Positions 12,791 through 25,975 of a stretch of 64,000 nt of DNA are shown piece after piece (position 1 is the stretch's first letter; each line of letters starts with the position of its first letter). The notes under the pieces were generated by a model. The model searched no databases. It was not told where the DNA came from and was given only the letters and a program-made list of their open reading frames with translations. The position numbers and the translations under genes were made by a program. Source of the stretch: Octopus bimaculoides (Eukaryota); NCBI RefSeq assembly GCF_001194135.2, contig NC_068988.1, forward strand, positions 89,494,022 to 89,558,021, read 5' to 3'.

Positions 12791-13310
12791 ATGTCGTCTA
12801 TTTTCCCCTCTTGAAACCTTTGGGGTTGTGCGCCTATATGATCGCTGTCCAATGATTAACACAAGTACAATATATGTAACTGCGTCTCCTATCGATTTCA
12901 GAGAGTGAGCATCCAGTTGTTCGATTAACTGTACGACCTAATCACACAATATAGCTTAATATTCTACAGATATGTACACATTCTAGTAAAATCCCTTGCA
13001 GAATCGATGTAAAACATTGTGGCACCGGTGGACACTAAAATTATTGATACAGCTGAACTGAGAGGTTTATACATATATGTTCTCAAATAAAGGCCACTCA
13101 CACAGTTTGCGTAGCCCGAAACAATGGAAAAGGCATCAACCGTGTTAAGTCACCCATTGGTACCACGTGATGGGTTTGATGGTTGGAAAGATTCTTAAGC
13201 ACATTGCTTCGTCATACTGCATCCAAATATACAGACAAACTACACATACTTACTATACACACAGGCACATAAACACTCATACACATACATGCACTCACGC
13301 ACACACGTTT

Positions 13311-13377
<67 letters not shown>

Positions 13378-13664
13378 NNNNNNNNNNNNNNNNNNNNNNN
13401 NNNNNNNNNNNNNNNNNNNNNNNNNNNNNNNNNNNNNNNNNNNNNNNNNNNNNNNNNNNNNNNNNNNNNNNNNNNNNNNNNNNNNNNNNNNNNNNNNNNN
13501 NNNNNNNNNNNNNNNNNNNNNNNNNNNNNNNNNNNNNNNNNNNNNNNNNNNNNNNNNNNNNNNNNNNNNNNNNNNNNNNNNNNNNNNNNNNNNNNNNNNN
13601 NNNNNNNNNNNNNNNNNNNNNNNNNNNNNNNATATATATATATATATATATATATACATATTTA

Positions 13665-13955
13665 CTTCAACTTGTTTCAGTCTTTTGGGTCACTGACTTG
13701 AAGAACTTTTAGTCGAATGAAGCAATCCCAGCCCTTATGTTATCGGTGTTTTTCGCTAGGCCAGTTGTCAGGAGCTGATGGGGTACAAGCCCACAGACAC
13801 AAAGACACGCACGTATATAAACTTACACGCGCGCGCACACATATAGATTTAGTCGGCCCGAGGCTGTAGTAGAAAACACTCCGCAAGGTGTCACGCAGTG
13901 AGACTGAACCCGGAAACATGTTGGTTGGGAAGCGAGCTTTGTATTGTACAGCAAC
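13665..13955 (-). mobile_element. SINE-C, internally deleted
   Basis: GTCGGCCCGAGGCTGTAGTAGAAAACAC...CAAGGTGTCACGCAGTGAGACTGAACCCGGAAACATGTTGGTTGGGAAGC matches 19190-19290. Confidence 0.8.
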
Positions 13956-14903
13956 GGTTGTGCCTTATTTATATATATATATATATACATATATAAATAT
14001 TTACATACAGATATATACATAAATATGCTGTAAATATATTTATGTATATACTCCGATAAAGGAAGAAACGAGAAAGGAGGAAAAGTAGAAACACAAATAC
14101 ATACATACATACATACATACATAAAAACATACATATGTATATATACATACACACACTCACACACACACATAGCATGTTTCACCTCTGTTAGCTATTAACC
14201 CATTGTCATGTATTCCAGTCCATTGTAATGGAACAAAAGAGACGTTACAGGAACAATGTGCTAGTTTCCAGTTCTTCGTACAACGCATTCTCCACCATGT
14301 AATATCATAGTCTGCATCACTGCCATCAACATCTTTAACAACGACTAGAGCTAGAGGAACAAAAACAAAGGCAATAATAGTATTCATGATAAGTATAACA
14401 ATAAACTGTTGTTTGAAAACGAGCTAAACCTAATTGAATTATGTCGGTATTAAAAACCTGCCTATTTATTTGATAACCGTATAAGTTGACGATAAAAGGA
14501 AGTTGTTGGCGATAAGAAAATTCAGCAAAATTGTAATGAACGTGCTAAGATGCCGTTCGATTTGTTAACAATGATGGAGACTTCATAAAGTTAATAATAG
14601 ACTATAGCTTTTATAGACCACTACACTATTGTTGAAACATAAACTAATTCGGTTAATCATATGGTTTAATCAATGTACCGTCTTACGTCATGTAGCAAAT
14701 ACTTTCTCTTGTTATTGGAAGTAAGATCAGTAACTACAATTTTTGCGTTCATGTTTTAGTACAGTGTGTGTATGAAAGTCGAATAAATGTGCATTCACAC
14801 TTAGAAGTACACCATTTCGTCGATACGCTCAAATATTTATATATATACATATCATTTTATGTATCTGTGTGTGTGTGTGTGTGTGTGTATACATATATAT
14901 ATA

Positions 14904-14939
<36 letters not shown>

Positions 14940-15160
14940 CAGTCAGAGAGTGAGAAAGAAAGAGATTGGGAGACATAGAGAGAGAGAGAATGTGAGCGAT
15001 CTATATATACAATTATATGCCTTTAAGTGTATATACATATGTTTATATATATGTACAAGCATATATATATATATGCATACATACAGAGAGACAGACAAGA
15101 AAGTAATATTTCGTGCGCAGTATAGCCATAGAAACAGCAGAAATATTGTATATGTTACCC

Positions 15161-15645
15161 TTAATTTGACGGAGGTTGTTGTCAGCAGATTTTATTTTAA
15201 TGGTAGAGTACTCAGCCGACACCAGAGTAGTGCGGGCTCTTGTCCCATGACAAACTGCTGATAACTTTTACCGTCTTAGAAGGGTAAAATACACGATCTT
15301 TCTGATGTTTTTAGGGAGATACTATATCCGAAATACTACTTTATTGTCTGTATAATAAGAAACGCACTTGTCTTTTCCAAAACCACAAAAAAGGTTTGCT
15401 TACATCTGTTGTTGCATTTCAAGAAAAAAAAAACTATGATACTTGGCATTTAATTTGACGGAGTTTGCCGTCATTGAGCTGTTTAGCTTAATAGTAAAGT
15501 ACTCAACCGGCATCTGCGGGGTGCAAGTACCTGTCCCGTGGCTGTCTGGTCACAACTTTTCCTTCCTATAAGGATAAAATCCACAAACTTCCTGGTGTTT
15601 TACGAAACACATTCGGCGCTTCCAAAGCCAAAAAGGTTTGTTTAT
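15161..15645. repeat. Diverged direct repeat pair (15161-15410 and 15450-15645)
   Basis: Both start TTAATTTGACGGAG, share AGTACTCA.CCG.CA, TGTCCC.TG and ATAAAAT.CAC, and end TTCCAAA.CCA..AAAAAGGTTTG. Confidence 0.7.
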
Positions 15646-16626
15646 ATATGTGTGTATGNNNNNNNNNNNNNNNNNNNNNNNNNNNNNNNNNNNNNNNNNN
15701 NNNNNNNNNNNNNATAGGTATATGTGAGCGTGTGTATGTAAACCGTTTAATTGATCGGCAGCATAAGAGTTACAGTTGTGACTCTACTTTGACAATTAGT
15801 TGCATTATTTTGAAACAATATTACGATTGCTATTTTTGTGTAAGATGCTATATATTTCCAAAGATTTGTGATGAATATAATATATTTTGCTTGATGAAAG
15901 CTGTTGAGATTTGATGGGAGTATTTAATGAAAAGCAATGATGAGAAACTTATTAAGGACACTTATAGATTTTAATGAATGCTATGATATTTACCAAATTA
16001 TAATCAGATATTGATTGTTTGGGAATCTGAATTATTTATAATTCAGATTAATTAAATATTCAAAAATAATAATAATCTATGATTTGTAATAGTAACAGTT
16101 TATTAATATGTGCAATAAATGATGATATGGTGTGTCGTAGTTGACCTGAATAAAGATTGCACTTACATTGATGCATATTTGTAAAATGGGATTTCCCGTC
16201 ATTATAACGAAATGCTTATGAATGCCTATGGAGGGAATGAAACAAGCCTGATATAATTGTAAAGGTGGCTTAATTATAAGTTTCTACTTTCAACGTATAA
16301 CATAACATGTAAGATAGTATTCCTCAGCCAGGTATTATAATTGGCAGTTCGTGGAAATGAGGCATGTCGAAAAGTGTTTGGGATTTAATAATGTTGTCCA
16401 AGTTTACACATTAACTGAAATTGAATCAAGTGGGATGTGCCCTATAGATCAATATTAAATTTAGAAAATGAAAAGCAATGAGGAAGAAAGGATAAAAGGG
16501 ATTAGTGTCAATATGTGTATAGAATACAGTTGTTGTCAATTTAATGTGCAAGTAATAATGCATTATATTGATAAGTTATCAAGGAAAGCATTATTACAGT
16601 GTATTATATTTAATATATTGTCAATA

Positions 16627-17030
16627 AGGTGCATGAGTGGCTGTGTGGTAAGTAGCTTGCTTACCAACCACATAGTTGCATGGCACCTTGGGCAATATGG
16701 ATTTGGTAGACGGAAACTGAAAGAAGCCCGTCGTATACATATATATATATATATATATATANNNNNNNNNNNNNNNNNNNNNNNNNNNNNNNNNNNNNNN
16801 NNNNNNNNNNNNNNNNNNNNNNNNNNNNNNNNNNNNNNNNNNNNNNNNNNNNNNNNNNNNNNNNNNNNNNNNNNNNNNNNNNNNNNNNNNNNNNNNNNNN
16901 NNNNNNNNNNNNNNNNNNNNNNNNNNNNNNNNNNNNNNNNNNNNNNNNNNNNNNNNNNNNNNNNNNNNNNNNNNNNNNNNNNNNNNNNNNNNNNNNNNNN
17001 NNNNNNNNNNNNNNNNNNNNNNNNNNNNNN

Positions 17031-17063
<33 letters not shown>

Positions 17064-17280
17064 CTCTGTTTGTCCCCTTTCATCGCTTGACAAAAAATGC
17101 TGGTTTCTTTATGTCTCCGTAACTTAGCGGTTTGGCAAAAGAGATCAATAAAATAAGTACTAAGCTTACAAATAATAAGTTCTGAGGTCGACTTCTTCGA
17201 CTAAAGGCGGTGCTCTAGCATGGCCGCAATCACATGACTGAAACAAATAAACGAATAAAAGAATAAAAGAATAAAAGAAT
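16627..17280 (+). mobile_element. SINE-C spanning an assembly gap at its internal (TA)n/(TG)n tract
   Basis: Head GTGGCTGTGTGGTAAGTAGCTTGCTTACCAACCAC; body GGATTTGGTAGACGGAAACTGAAAGAAGCCCGTCG; 3' CGACTAAAGGCGGTGCTCTAGCATGGCCGCA; (AATAAAAG)n tail. Confidence 0.9.
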
Positions 17281-17629
17281 CAGCCATTAAATACATGGAA
17301 TGGAGAGTTGGCCAACAGCAGTTTCTCTTTACATGCTCATAAAATGAAAATGAATGAGTAGAAGAATGAGAATAAGAAGGAATGTCTTTCAAATGGAAGT
17401 TAAAAAGTAGTATTTTGTATTTTTGTAAAAGCGGATAAGTTTTCAAGAGGTTCGCGTTTCAACGGTAGTCACGCGATCCGAGAATCACGGTTTCACAATT
17501 TCTTATGGAACAACTTACACAGAAGATTTGTTTATCGTGATCATATATGTGTGCGCATCATAAGCACTCTCCTTCAATCAAATTGAAATTGCGTGTACAT
17601 GTGTATGCTGCACCACGCGTTACGTATCG

Positions 17630-17760
17630 AAGTGGTCGCAGAGCAACATCAGATCAAGTGTTTTCCTCCCAAATACATCAAACTGCCCGGTCCAGGAGTA
17701 GAATCCATGATGTCAGGATCGTAAATGAAACATCCTAACCACTAGGCCTCTCGCCCTCCT
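17630..17760 (-). mobile_element. tRNA-derived SINE 5' fragment
   Basis: The reverse complement reads GGAGGGCGAGAGGCCTAGTGGTTAGGATG...TCCTGGACCGGGCAG, resembling the SINE-B head. Confidence 0.65.
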
Positions 17761-18083
17761 CTGTAACAGTCACGTGTGTTCTTAGAGAAATTCGTAACCG
17801 GAATAAGTGTAACGGAGTGTATGATGAGGTTGTATCGTTTGATCACAGGCGTAGGCCCGAGATTAGGTGCTGCAGGGGGGTGTACTCGCACCCTCTAACA
17901 TTTTGTGGGGAAGCAACATTCAATAATGCACCCCGTACTTACCTCTTCCAGGCTTAGACAATATGAAGAAAGAACTAAAATAAATGAAAACAGCCCAAAA
18001 TCACTAGAAATATATATTACTGAAGATTTCCTAAAGTTAAAAAGTTTAATTATACACACACACACACACACACACACACGCAT

Positions 18084-18146
<63 letters not shown>

Positions 18147-18840
18147 ACATACATAAACGAAATGTGTGTGTGTGTGTGTGTGTGTGTAAGATCCAAGGAT
18201 CAAGTTGTAGGAAGAAAGTTAACTTCAAGCAATCCGTAGTAAATANNNNNNNNNNNNNNNNNNNNNNNNNNNNNNNNNNNNNNNNNNNNNNNNNNNNNNN
18301 NNNNNNNNNNNNNNNNNNNNNNNNNNNNNNNNNNNNNNNNNNNNNNNNNNNNNNNNNNNNNNNNNNNNNNNNNNNNNNNNNNNNNNNNNNNNNNNNNNNN
18401 NNNNNNNNNNNNNNNNNNNNGTGTGTGTGCGTGTATGTGTCTTTGTATGTATATATATATATGTATATGTATATGTATATGTATGTATAAAACAAATAAT
18501 AAATGAGTATATGCATATATACGTACAGGTACGTGCATACCTACGTCTACCTGTATATATATAGGTGCATATCTGGGTACAGGACATTGCAAACAAAACG
18601 TAGACAAGAAAATAATAATAACCAGAGTACAGAAAACACACAAGCCACATAGAGAACATTTTCCTTCATCAGCTACCCCCATTTTAACACCGGCGTTTCG
18701 ATATATATATATATATATATCACACTAGGCAACCAGTGTATGTGAATAAGAATACACGATTTAAGAAATGGCGTAGATAAGATCCGGGCTACATATGCTT
18801 CCGGATCTTATCATACTCCATTCGTTAACATTTGCATATT

Positions 18841-19067
18841 ATTTTATTCTTTTATTCTTTTGTTATTTTACTTGTTTCAGTCATTTCACTTCGGCCATTC
18901 TGGAGCACCGCCTTTAGTCGAGCAAATTGGCCCCAGGACTTATTCTTTGTAAGCCTACTACTTTTTCTATTGGTTCGCTTTTGCCGAACCGCTAAGTTAC
19001 GGGGGACGTAAACTCACCAGCATCGGTTGTCAAGCGATGTTGGCGGTGTCAAACACANNNNNNNNNN

Positions 19068-19151
<84 letters not shown>

Positions 19152-19301
19152 TATGTGACGTCTGCTAAATCCTCATACAAGGCACTGCTCAACCCGTGGC
19201 TATAGTAGAAGATACCTGCTCGAGGTGCCACGCAGTAGGACTGAACTCGGAACCATGTGGTTGGTAGGCAAGCTACTTACCACACAGCTACCTCTCCGCC
19301 T
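18841..19301 (-). mobile_element. SINE-C, full length, with internal (TA)n
   Basis: Reverse-complement match to 16627-17280 on both sides of the microsatellite. Confidence 0.92.
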
Positions 19302-20274
19302 ATATACATAACAACAATTTAACTACAAGAAAGGAACAACAACCACACCCACTCCTTAATACTAGAAGAGTTAATGAACTATTGAATTCCACAGTCAAGA
19401 GCTGTTTGCAATTCACCTATCCACTTCCTCATTTCCTTGAAATACCTTAAGTGTCGCATTCTCATCGTCATCATGTTCTACTGCTACTACTCTTACCACA
19501 ACTGAACAATAGCAACAACATGATCGCCCACTCCTCAATACGAGAACAATTGATGATCTGCAGTCTTTTCTACAGTCAGGCAAGCCAAATTACTCCCAGA
19601 ACAACACAAGAGATCCGTCATCACCATTGCCATCTTATTCTACTGCTACTTCCATTACCACAACTACTACACCAAATTGTGAAGAGCCACTCCCCCACTT
19701 CAGCCATTGTTCACTTCAGTCTGAACGTATACCTGACAGCTCCATGATAAATCTGCCTACTGTGAAGAAAATAAAATTATGAACAGACGAAACTCAAAAA
19801 TATACTACTATTCTCAATGCGAGAGACTATGCATACACAGTGACAGTTGCTTCACCCATTAACCTGGGTCAAGATGAACAATTCGTACAAGCAATACCAA
19901 ACCACACATTTTACATCACCACCACTAATGAATGCTAAATCATACTTAATAACTTCTACACATGTAGTCCGGAATCCTAAAACTTGTTGGTACTCCTAAC
20001 ATGAAAGATTATGCCTGATGTGGGACTATTCTTTAATTCATTTTCCAGGGACTCGATGCACAAGTAAGCCAATGATATTAAACCACCACCAAATCTACAG
20101 TAGAAACATTCTTTACAGTAGCACAATTGGTCCAGACTTCCATCGAAACCCATAAGTCACCCAGATATCTACTGGGTACAATAGTAAAATCACAGCCACA
20201 AAATATATAACTAAAACTATATTCCACAGTGCAACCATACCAACTCCAGAAAACAAACCCTCCCAAAAGAAGAA

Positions 20275-20446
20275 CATTCTTGGTGTGTTTACATCTCCGT
20301 AATCTAGCGGTTCGGCAGAATGGACTGATAGAATAAGTACCAGGCTTAAAAAGAATAAGTTCAGGGGGTGGATTTATTCATCTAAAAGGCGGTGCTCCAG
20401 CATGACCCCAGTCAAATAACTGAAACGAGTAAAAGAAGAAAAGAAT
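20275..20446 (+). mobile_element. SINE-C 3' half
   Basis: GGTGTGTTTACATCTCCGTAATCTAGCGGTTCGGCAG...AAAGGCGGTGCTCCAGCATG...GAAACGAGTAAAAGA. Confidence 0.85.
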
Positions 20447-22501
20447 ATAAATACTCATGCACACATATTTATTTTTGCCCCTATTCATATGACACTTGTA
20501 TATCTACACGTATATGTATATACAAGAATGAGTGCATGTGTGTGTAAGTAAATGTGCCTATATATGTATGTGTACATATGTATGTATGTATGTATGTATG
20601 TATGCATGTATGTATGTGTATGTGCATACAAATCGATAGATATATATTATATATATTAATGTGCGTATATATGCATATATTTACGCACTTACGTACGTAT
20701 AATTTTGTTTCTATTTGTTTAATATTTAACATATGTCTCTGCGCGTGTGAATGTGATCCAGGAACACCCATGAATGAGTCTGAATTTATGGAAGCGCGCG
20801 TTCATGTATTTATCTGTATTCTGTACTTATATTCCTAGGCGATCTCAGTTATAGTCACGTAAGTATGCGTAATAAAAGAAAAGTCAGTGTGTGTGCTTGT
20901 GTGAGCGTGTGTAATTTTATTTATTTATTTTCTCATTCGTTATTCATTAATTTATGTATTTAATGAACAGTGTAACAGGCAAACCACTGGAAAAATATGC
21001 ATTCCCAACTGTCTTTCTAAGTTGTTTTTATAATTTGTTCTTGAACAATCCCAATTTGTTCCTGAACAATACTTCTATCACTGCTATATCCATTTTTGAC
21101 TCATTGATTCGAAACAAGTTTGGTGTCAACGCACGAAGCTCTTGGCCCTTGAGTCACTCTTTCACTTCTGCAGAATTTTAATAGCACAGCCTGTATATAC
21201 TCATGTTTCGAGTTTTATTTTCCTGATTGCATCACCAAGCCTAGATATGCAAAAATACAGAGTACATGCAAAGTATGTATATGTACATATATATGTACAT
21301 CCCGGTATGAATGTATTACTTTTTAAATTTCTCGCAAATCTTTGTTCTTTTCCATCGTTTCTTCTTATTTCTCTATCCATCTTTCATTCGCTTTTACTCC
21401 CTCCCGACATATCGCGTTTGTCTCCCTTTACCTCTATCTCTGTCTTATTTTCTTCCCTGTCATATTTTCGTGTCACGTCTTTCAGGCAATATAAGAGATA
21501 CTCCATTCATTGCAAATATTTTCCCTTCAGCTTAAGAATCCTTCACATATAGATGTAGACACGCATTCACGCACGCATGCACACGCATAATACGCGCATG
21601 TACATACACACACATACACACATACACCCGTAGACATACACTTACACATTCACTAACATACAGAATCACGTGCATCATGTTAGAGATACATTTGTAGACA
21701 TCGTTACACAAACACAGGAAGAGAGAATAAAAGAAAGCAAAAAAGCTCACAGAAATACAGACCTCCTTGCAACACACATATAAAGAAGCTCATAGTTAAT
21801 ACAACATGAACACGCAATCAAGGACTCTTAAGCTTGTTACGAACGCAGAAATATACACAATCACGAATCCATACGGAGGTTAAGCGCTCACACAAGCAAA
21901 CATATGAAATACTAAAATACAAATGGTGGTAGTGTTACCAATACAAATAAACTCTGCCACAACAAACTAATCATATGCAACAATAATAACAACAGAAATA
22001 CCAGGAAAACAAAAAAATGTGTCAAAAATATTGAAGAATCAAATAAATCAGAATAAAAGTATAACAGGCGAAATATACCCTTCATCAAAAGATGATAAAC
22101 ACTCGGTTCTCATGTTGATAACTTCGGGGGATGTTATCTAAATCTGTAATGTATTCCATTTGTGCATAGCAATTTGTCTTTTATATCAACGTTGCATTTC
22201 ATTGGTTGGAAAAACTGGAATATTCCAAGGTTTTCTAATTCTCAGAGCATAAAATAACATTGGAAATAAATCAGTGGAGGAAGAAACCTTTCTGAAAGAA
22301 ACAGGTTATTTCTATTGTTTGGGTCAATATTTGTGTGCTAGAATATCTCCAGAGTTAAACTCTAAAGTTCGAGTAACATATATGCATATGTAGTGAGGGT
22401 GTAGTTGATATTGTTTACATCGCTTGCGGCGATAAATTTATAGGGGCTAACGACATATCTCTCTATCTATTACTCAGTCTATTTCTGTCTCAATGTCTCC
22501 T

Positions 22502-22558
<57 letters not shown>

Positions 22559-23547
22559 TCTTTCTCTCTTTCTCTCTCTCATTCTTCCCTTATAGAGAAT
22601 ATTACAGATAGGTAGTTATATAGGTAGATAGATATCTGTTCGTGTGAGTATGGAAATATACAATACATTTGATTAGGAACATTACACGGTATCTATAAAA
22701 TACATTTTACATAGATTCCAAGAAAAATATTATTGAGTGCTTCTATAGAATATTTGATTATTTGATATTCGATGATACTATTAAGTTGAGTTGTTTTCTT
22801 TATTTAGCTGTAGCAAGCCTCGCACTTTTGCGTGATTAGGGAAGTTGATGGTTACCTATCTGTGTATATATATATATAATCCTTTGTCTCTGTCTGAACC
22901 CAATGCATTCTCACACGGCTCAACCAAATCAAATCAAATTTTACATGGTAATACTATGAGACCCTGTGAGTGCCAGGAATGTAATTTGGGGGGAGGCGAT
23001 TAAAACAATGTAACATTGGCATGGTTGCGTATTACGTGTCAAAACTCGAAGAATGAAAGTAAAAGAACATATATATTGTAATGTGATATATTGTTTCACT
23101 TTTATACTTTTACTTCTAATTCTAACGACGACGATGACGTGTGTGAGTGTATGAGTGTATAGATGTCTCACAGTGTGTATGTATTTCCGTGTTGGGTACG
23201 TTCTTAAACATACTATATACATGTGAGGACAGGTCAGTGTCAATACGAAATTTTAATTTTATTTCGATTAAAACAATATAACATTTCATAGAAATAATCT
23301 TCCAATTTAAGGAGATGCACTTGCATAGTAAATGGCTTGATCTGAGGTCGTGTGATTGGAACATATGTATGTATGTATGCATGTATATATAATGTCTTAA
23401 GTTTAAGATGGTTCCCATACATTTCCCTGAGGATAAGTTTAGATTTTTAACATCGACGATTCCTATGGATCGCATAATTTGTAATTCTTCGAAACATATG
23501 TCGGAATAAAGTATGCAGTTATAACATGCGTTCACTCCTTTCCTTAA

Positions 23548-23606
<59 letters not shown>

Positions 23607-23864
23607 ACCTTTGACGAAGTAACAGTTGTAAATACAGAATGAACAAACACACATATCAGTACATAAAGATACAGTTATATGTACATACGCATATACACAA
23701 AAGCAGATACGTGTACACACTTACATACGTAAAAAACTCATACAAACATACAACTGCTCTGGCAAAGATTATACAGTTGGATGTCCTTCCTAGCGCCAAC
23801 CTCTCCAAATGTGTAGTAGGTGCTCTTTATGTGTCATCGGCACGGGAGCCAGTGAGGTAGCAGT

Positions 23865-23908
<44 letters not shown>

Positions 23909-23949
23909 AGTTAGCAAGGTGAGACACACATAAGAAAGAAGGAAACAAA

Positions 23950-23994
23950 GGACCACTGATGAGGTCACAGAAGTGTGACGAAAGAACTCTGGCC
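23950..23994 (+). ncRNA. Putative minimal type I hammerhead ribozyme motif (PLE-type)
   Basis: GGACCA-CTGATGA-G-GTCACA-gaag-TGTGAC-GAAA-GAAC-TC/TGGCC. It has both core boxes, a perfect 6-bp stem II, a CUC cleavage triplet and stem I CCA/TGG (plus GG/CC with one bulge). Confidence 0.65.
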
Positions 23995-24320
23995 GAAATA
24001 AGATTAAGATTAAGATTAATGTAATATAAAGCTGAAAAAAAAAAAAATTAACACCAAATATACAGTGCGTGTGTTTTTATTGGCTAAACTGGCAATATGA
24101 CCATCCCCAAGTACAACAATATATATATATATATATTGCAGTAATGTTGAATCAGGTGATACAGGAAAGTGCAGCACTGATGACATAACATTTGTGGAGT
24201 AAATGAAGGTGTAATTTGACTAAGCTACACGTAATACGTCTGTCTGGGGGATTCCATGGCCTAACATATCATGACAAATTAAGAGTGTCGGGGCTATTCT
24301 TGTCTGTCTCATGTCCCAGG

Positions 24321-25170
24321 TTGATTATACGCGTTCGCCACCACAACCTCGTTTAAGTTTAGCCGCCCTTCCCGTTTGTTTTCACTGTCCTGTTTGTGTT
24401 ACCCATTTTGACCGGCCGCAGAATTCCAAATTCTATTTAGTTTGCTTTGCGGAGCAACTGCTTTATCTAAAGCGTATATTCTTGAAATACGAGACTAGAA
24501 AAACAACCAACAACTGATGAAGGGTCGTTCTTTTATGTTTGTCTTGTTTTCCATTTGTGACTTACGTTGTTCGAAAGAATAGTTCATGTTCCCTGTACTC
24601 GTGCTTCGTACGTTTTCGTTGCACACATATGCATATATATGTGTGTGTGTGTGTGTGTATGTGTGTACATACACGCATATATATATGCATATATGTATAT
24701 ATATACATCATTTATATTATTATATGACTGAACGCCACGCGTCCTTTTCCAAATAATTTTCATCATAATAATTCTGATGCGCACTCTATACAATCTTTTT
24801 ACTCTTTCGTTTTTCACTCTCTTATGCTTTTACATCCTCTTCTCCCACTATGCTATCCTATTACTGTCACTCTCTCACCCTCACTCTTCCTCCCATGCTC
24901 ATGTGGGAAGCACGTGACCATCGGCCATCTTTCTTTCTTTCTTTCTTTTATTCTTTGTTTGTTTGTTTGTTTCTTTCTTTCTTTCTTTCTGTTGTAGCTG
25001 GAACAAGGAAGACGTGTTTCTTGTTTCCCTCCTGTCCTAACTTGATTTACGCGTTCACCACCACAACCTCATTTAGGCTTAGCAGCCCTTCCTGTTTGTT
25101 TTCACTGTCCTGTTTGTGTTACCCATTTTGACCCTCCACAAAATCACAAATTTCATTTAATTTGCTTTGC
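24321..25170. repeat. ~130-bp direct repeat pair (24321-24450 and 25042-25170), probable PLE pseudo-LTR remnant
   Basis: TTGATT.TACGCGTTC.CCACCACAACCTC...GTTTGTTTTCACTGTCCTGTTTGTGTTACCCATTTTGACC...TTTGCTTTGC occurs twice about 720 bp apart, with a CTGATGAAGGG motif at 24514 between the copies. The repeat is directly visible; the PLE assignment is inference. Confidence 0.75.
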
Positions 25171-25324
25171 AGCACCCACAACACATTTCAGCACCCACAC
25201 CACATACTATCATCTGTACACTCACAAACCATCATCCGTACACGCACACATCATCATCCACACATCCACACATCCACACGTCAACGTCACTAGCCCCTAT
25301 GCACACACACACACACTTACACAC

Positions 25325-25567
25325 TTTCATGATCACATAACCCGTAACATTTGGCCTCGTAATTTCTCAGATCTCAATCCATTGGACTATAACATATTGA
25401 GCGTTGTTGACAGAGAGGTCAATGAAAATGCCCGAAGCAACAAAGATTCTTTGAATGCTGCTATAATCGGAGTGATATCCAAAATAAACCACTTGATTCG
25501 AGCATGTAGATGATTTAGATCTCATATAGAAGCAGTCGTTGAAGCTGAAGATTGCTTTATTGAATAA
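25325..25567 (+). mobile_element. Tc1/mariner (DD37D/maT-like) transposase C-terminal pseudogene fragment
   Basis: Translates FHDHITRNIWPRNFSDLNPLDYNILSVVDREVNE...LIRACR*FRSHIEAVVEAEDCFIE*, containing the WP..S.DLNP.D third catalytic motif and the typical C-terminus. Confidence 0.85.
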
Positions 25568-25799
25568 CATTATAGAAAAGATTTATTTTTTATCTCTATA
25601 GCATTTTTTGATGAATAAAGTTATTATATGTTGTTATATATGTGTTTTTTTTATAAACATAAATCTATCCTCAAATATATTACGCACCGAGTATAAATAC
25701 ACGTGTGTGCGTATGTGTGTGTACGCGTGTGTGCATGTGTGTGTGCGTATGTGTGTGTACGTGTGTCTGTGTATGCGTGTGTATGTCTGTCTGTCTGTC

Positions 25800-25975
25800 T
25801 GTGTCTAAGTTTTTCCCCAACACGGCTTCACAATCAGCTTTGCTATGTTTACATCCTTGTACTTTAGCAGTTCGGCAAAAGAGACTGACACCATAAGTAC
25901 CACGCTTAGAAAAAACAAGCACCCGTGCCCCAGCATTGCAGCAGTCCAATGACCGAAGAAAATACAGATAAGAGA
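25800..25975 (+). mobile_element. SINE-C 3' half, degenerate
   Basis: TTTAGCAGTTCGGCAAAAGAGACTGACACCATAAGTACC...CCCCAGCATTGCAGCAGTCCAATGACCGAA. Confidence 0.7.

Noticed and set aside
18655-18705. Minus-strand GAAACG...CTGATGAAGG suggesting a permuted hammerhead
   Set aside because: Stem I cannot form and no downstream GAAA exists. It is at most a fragment of the repeat seen at 24514.
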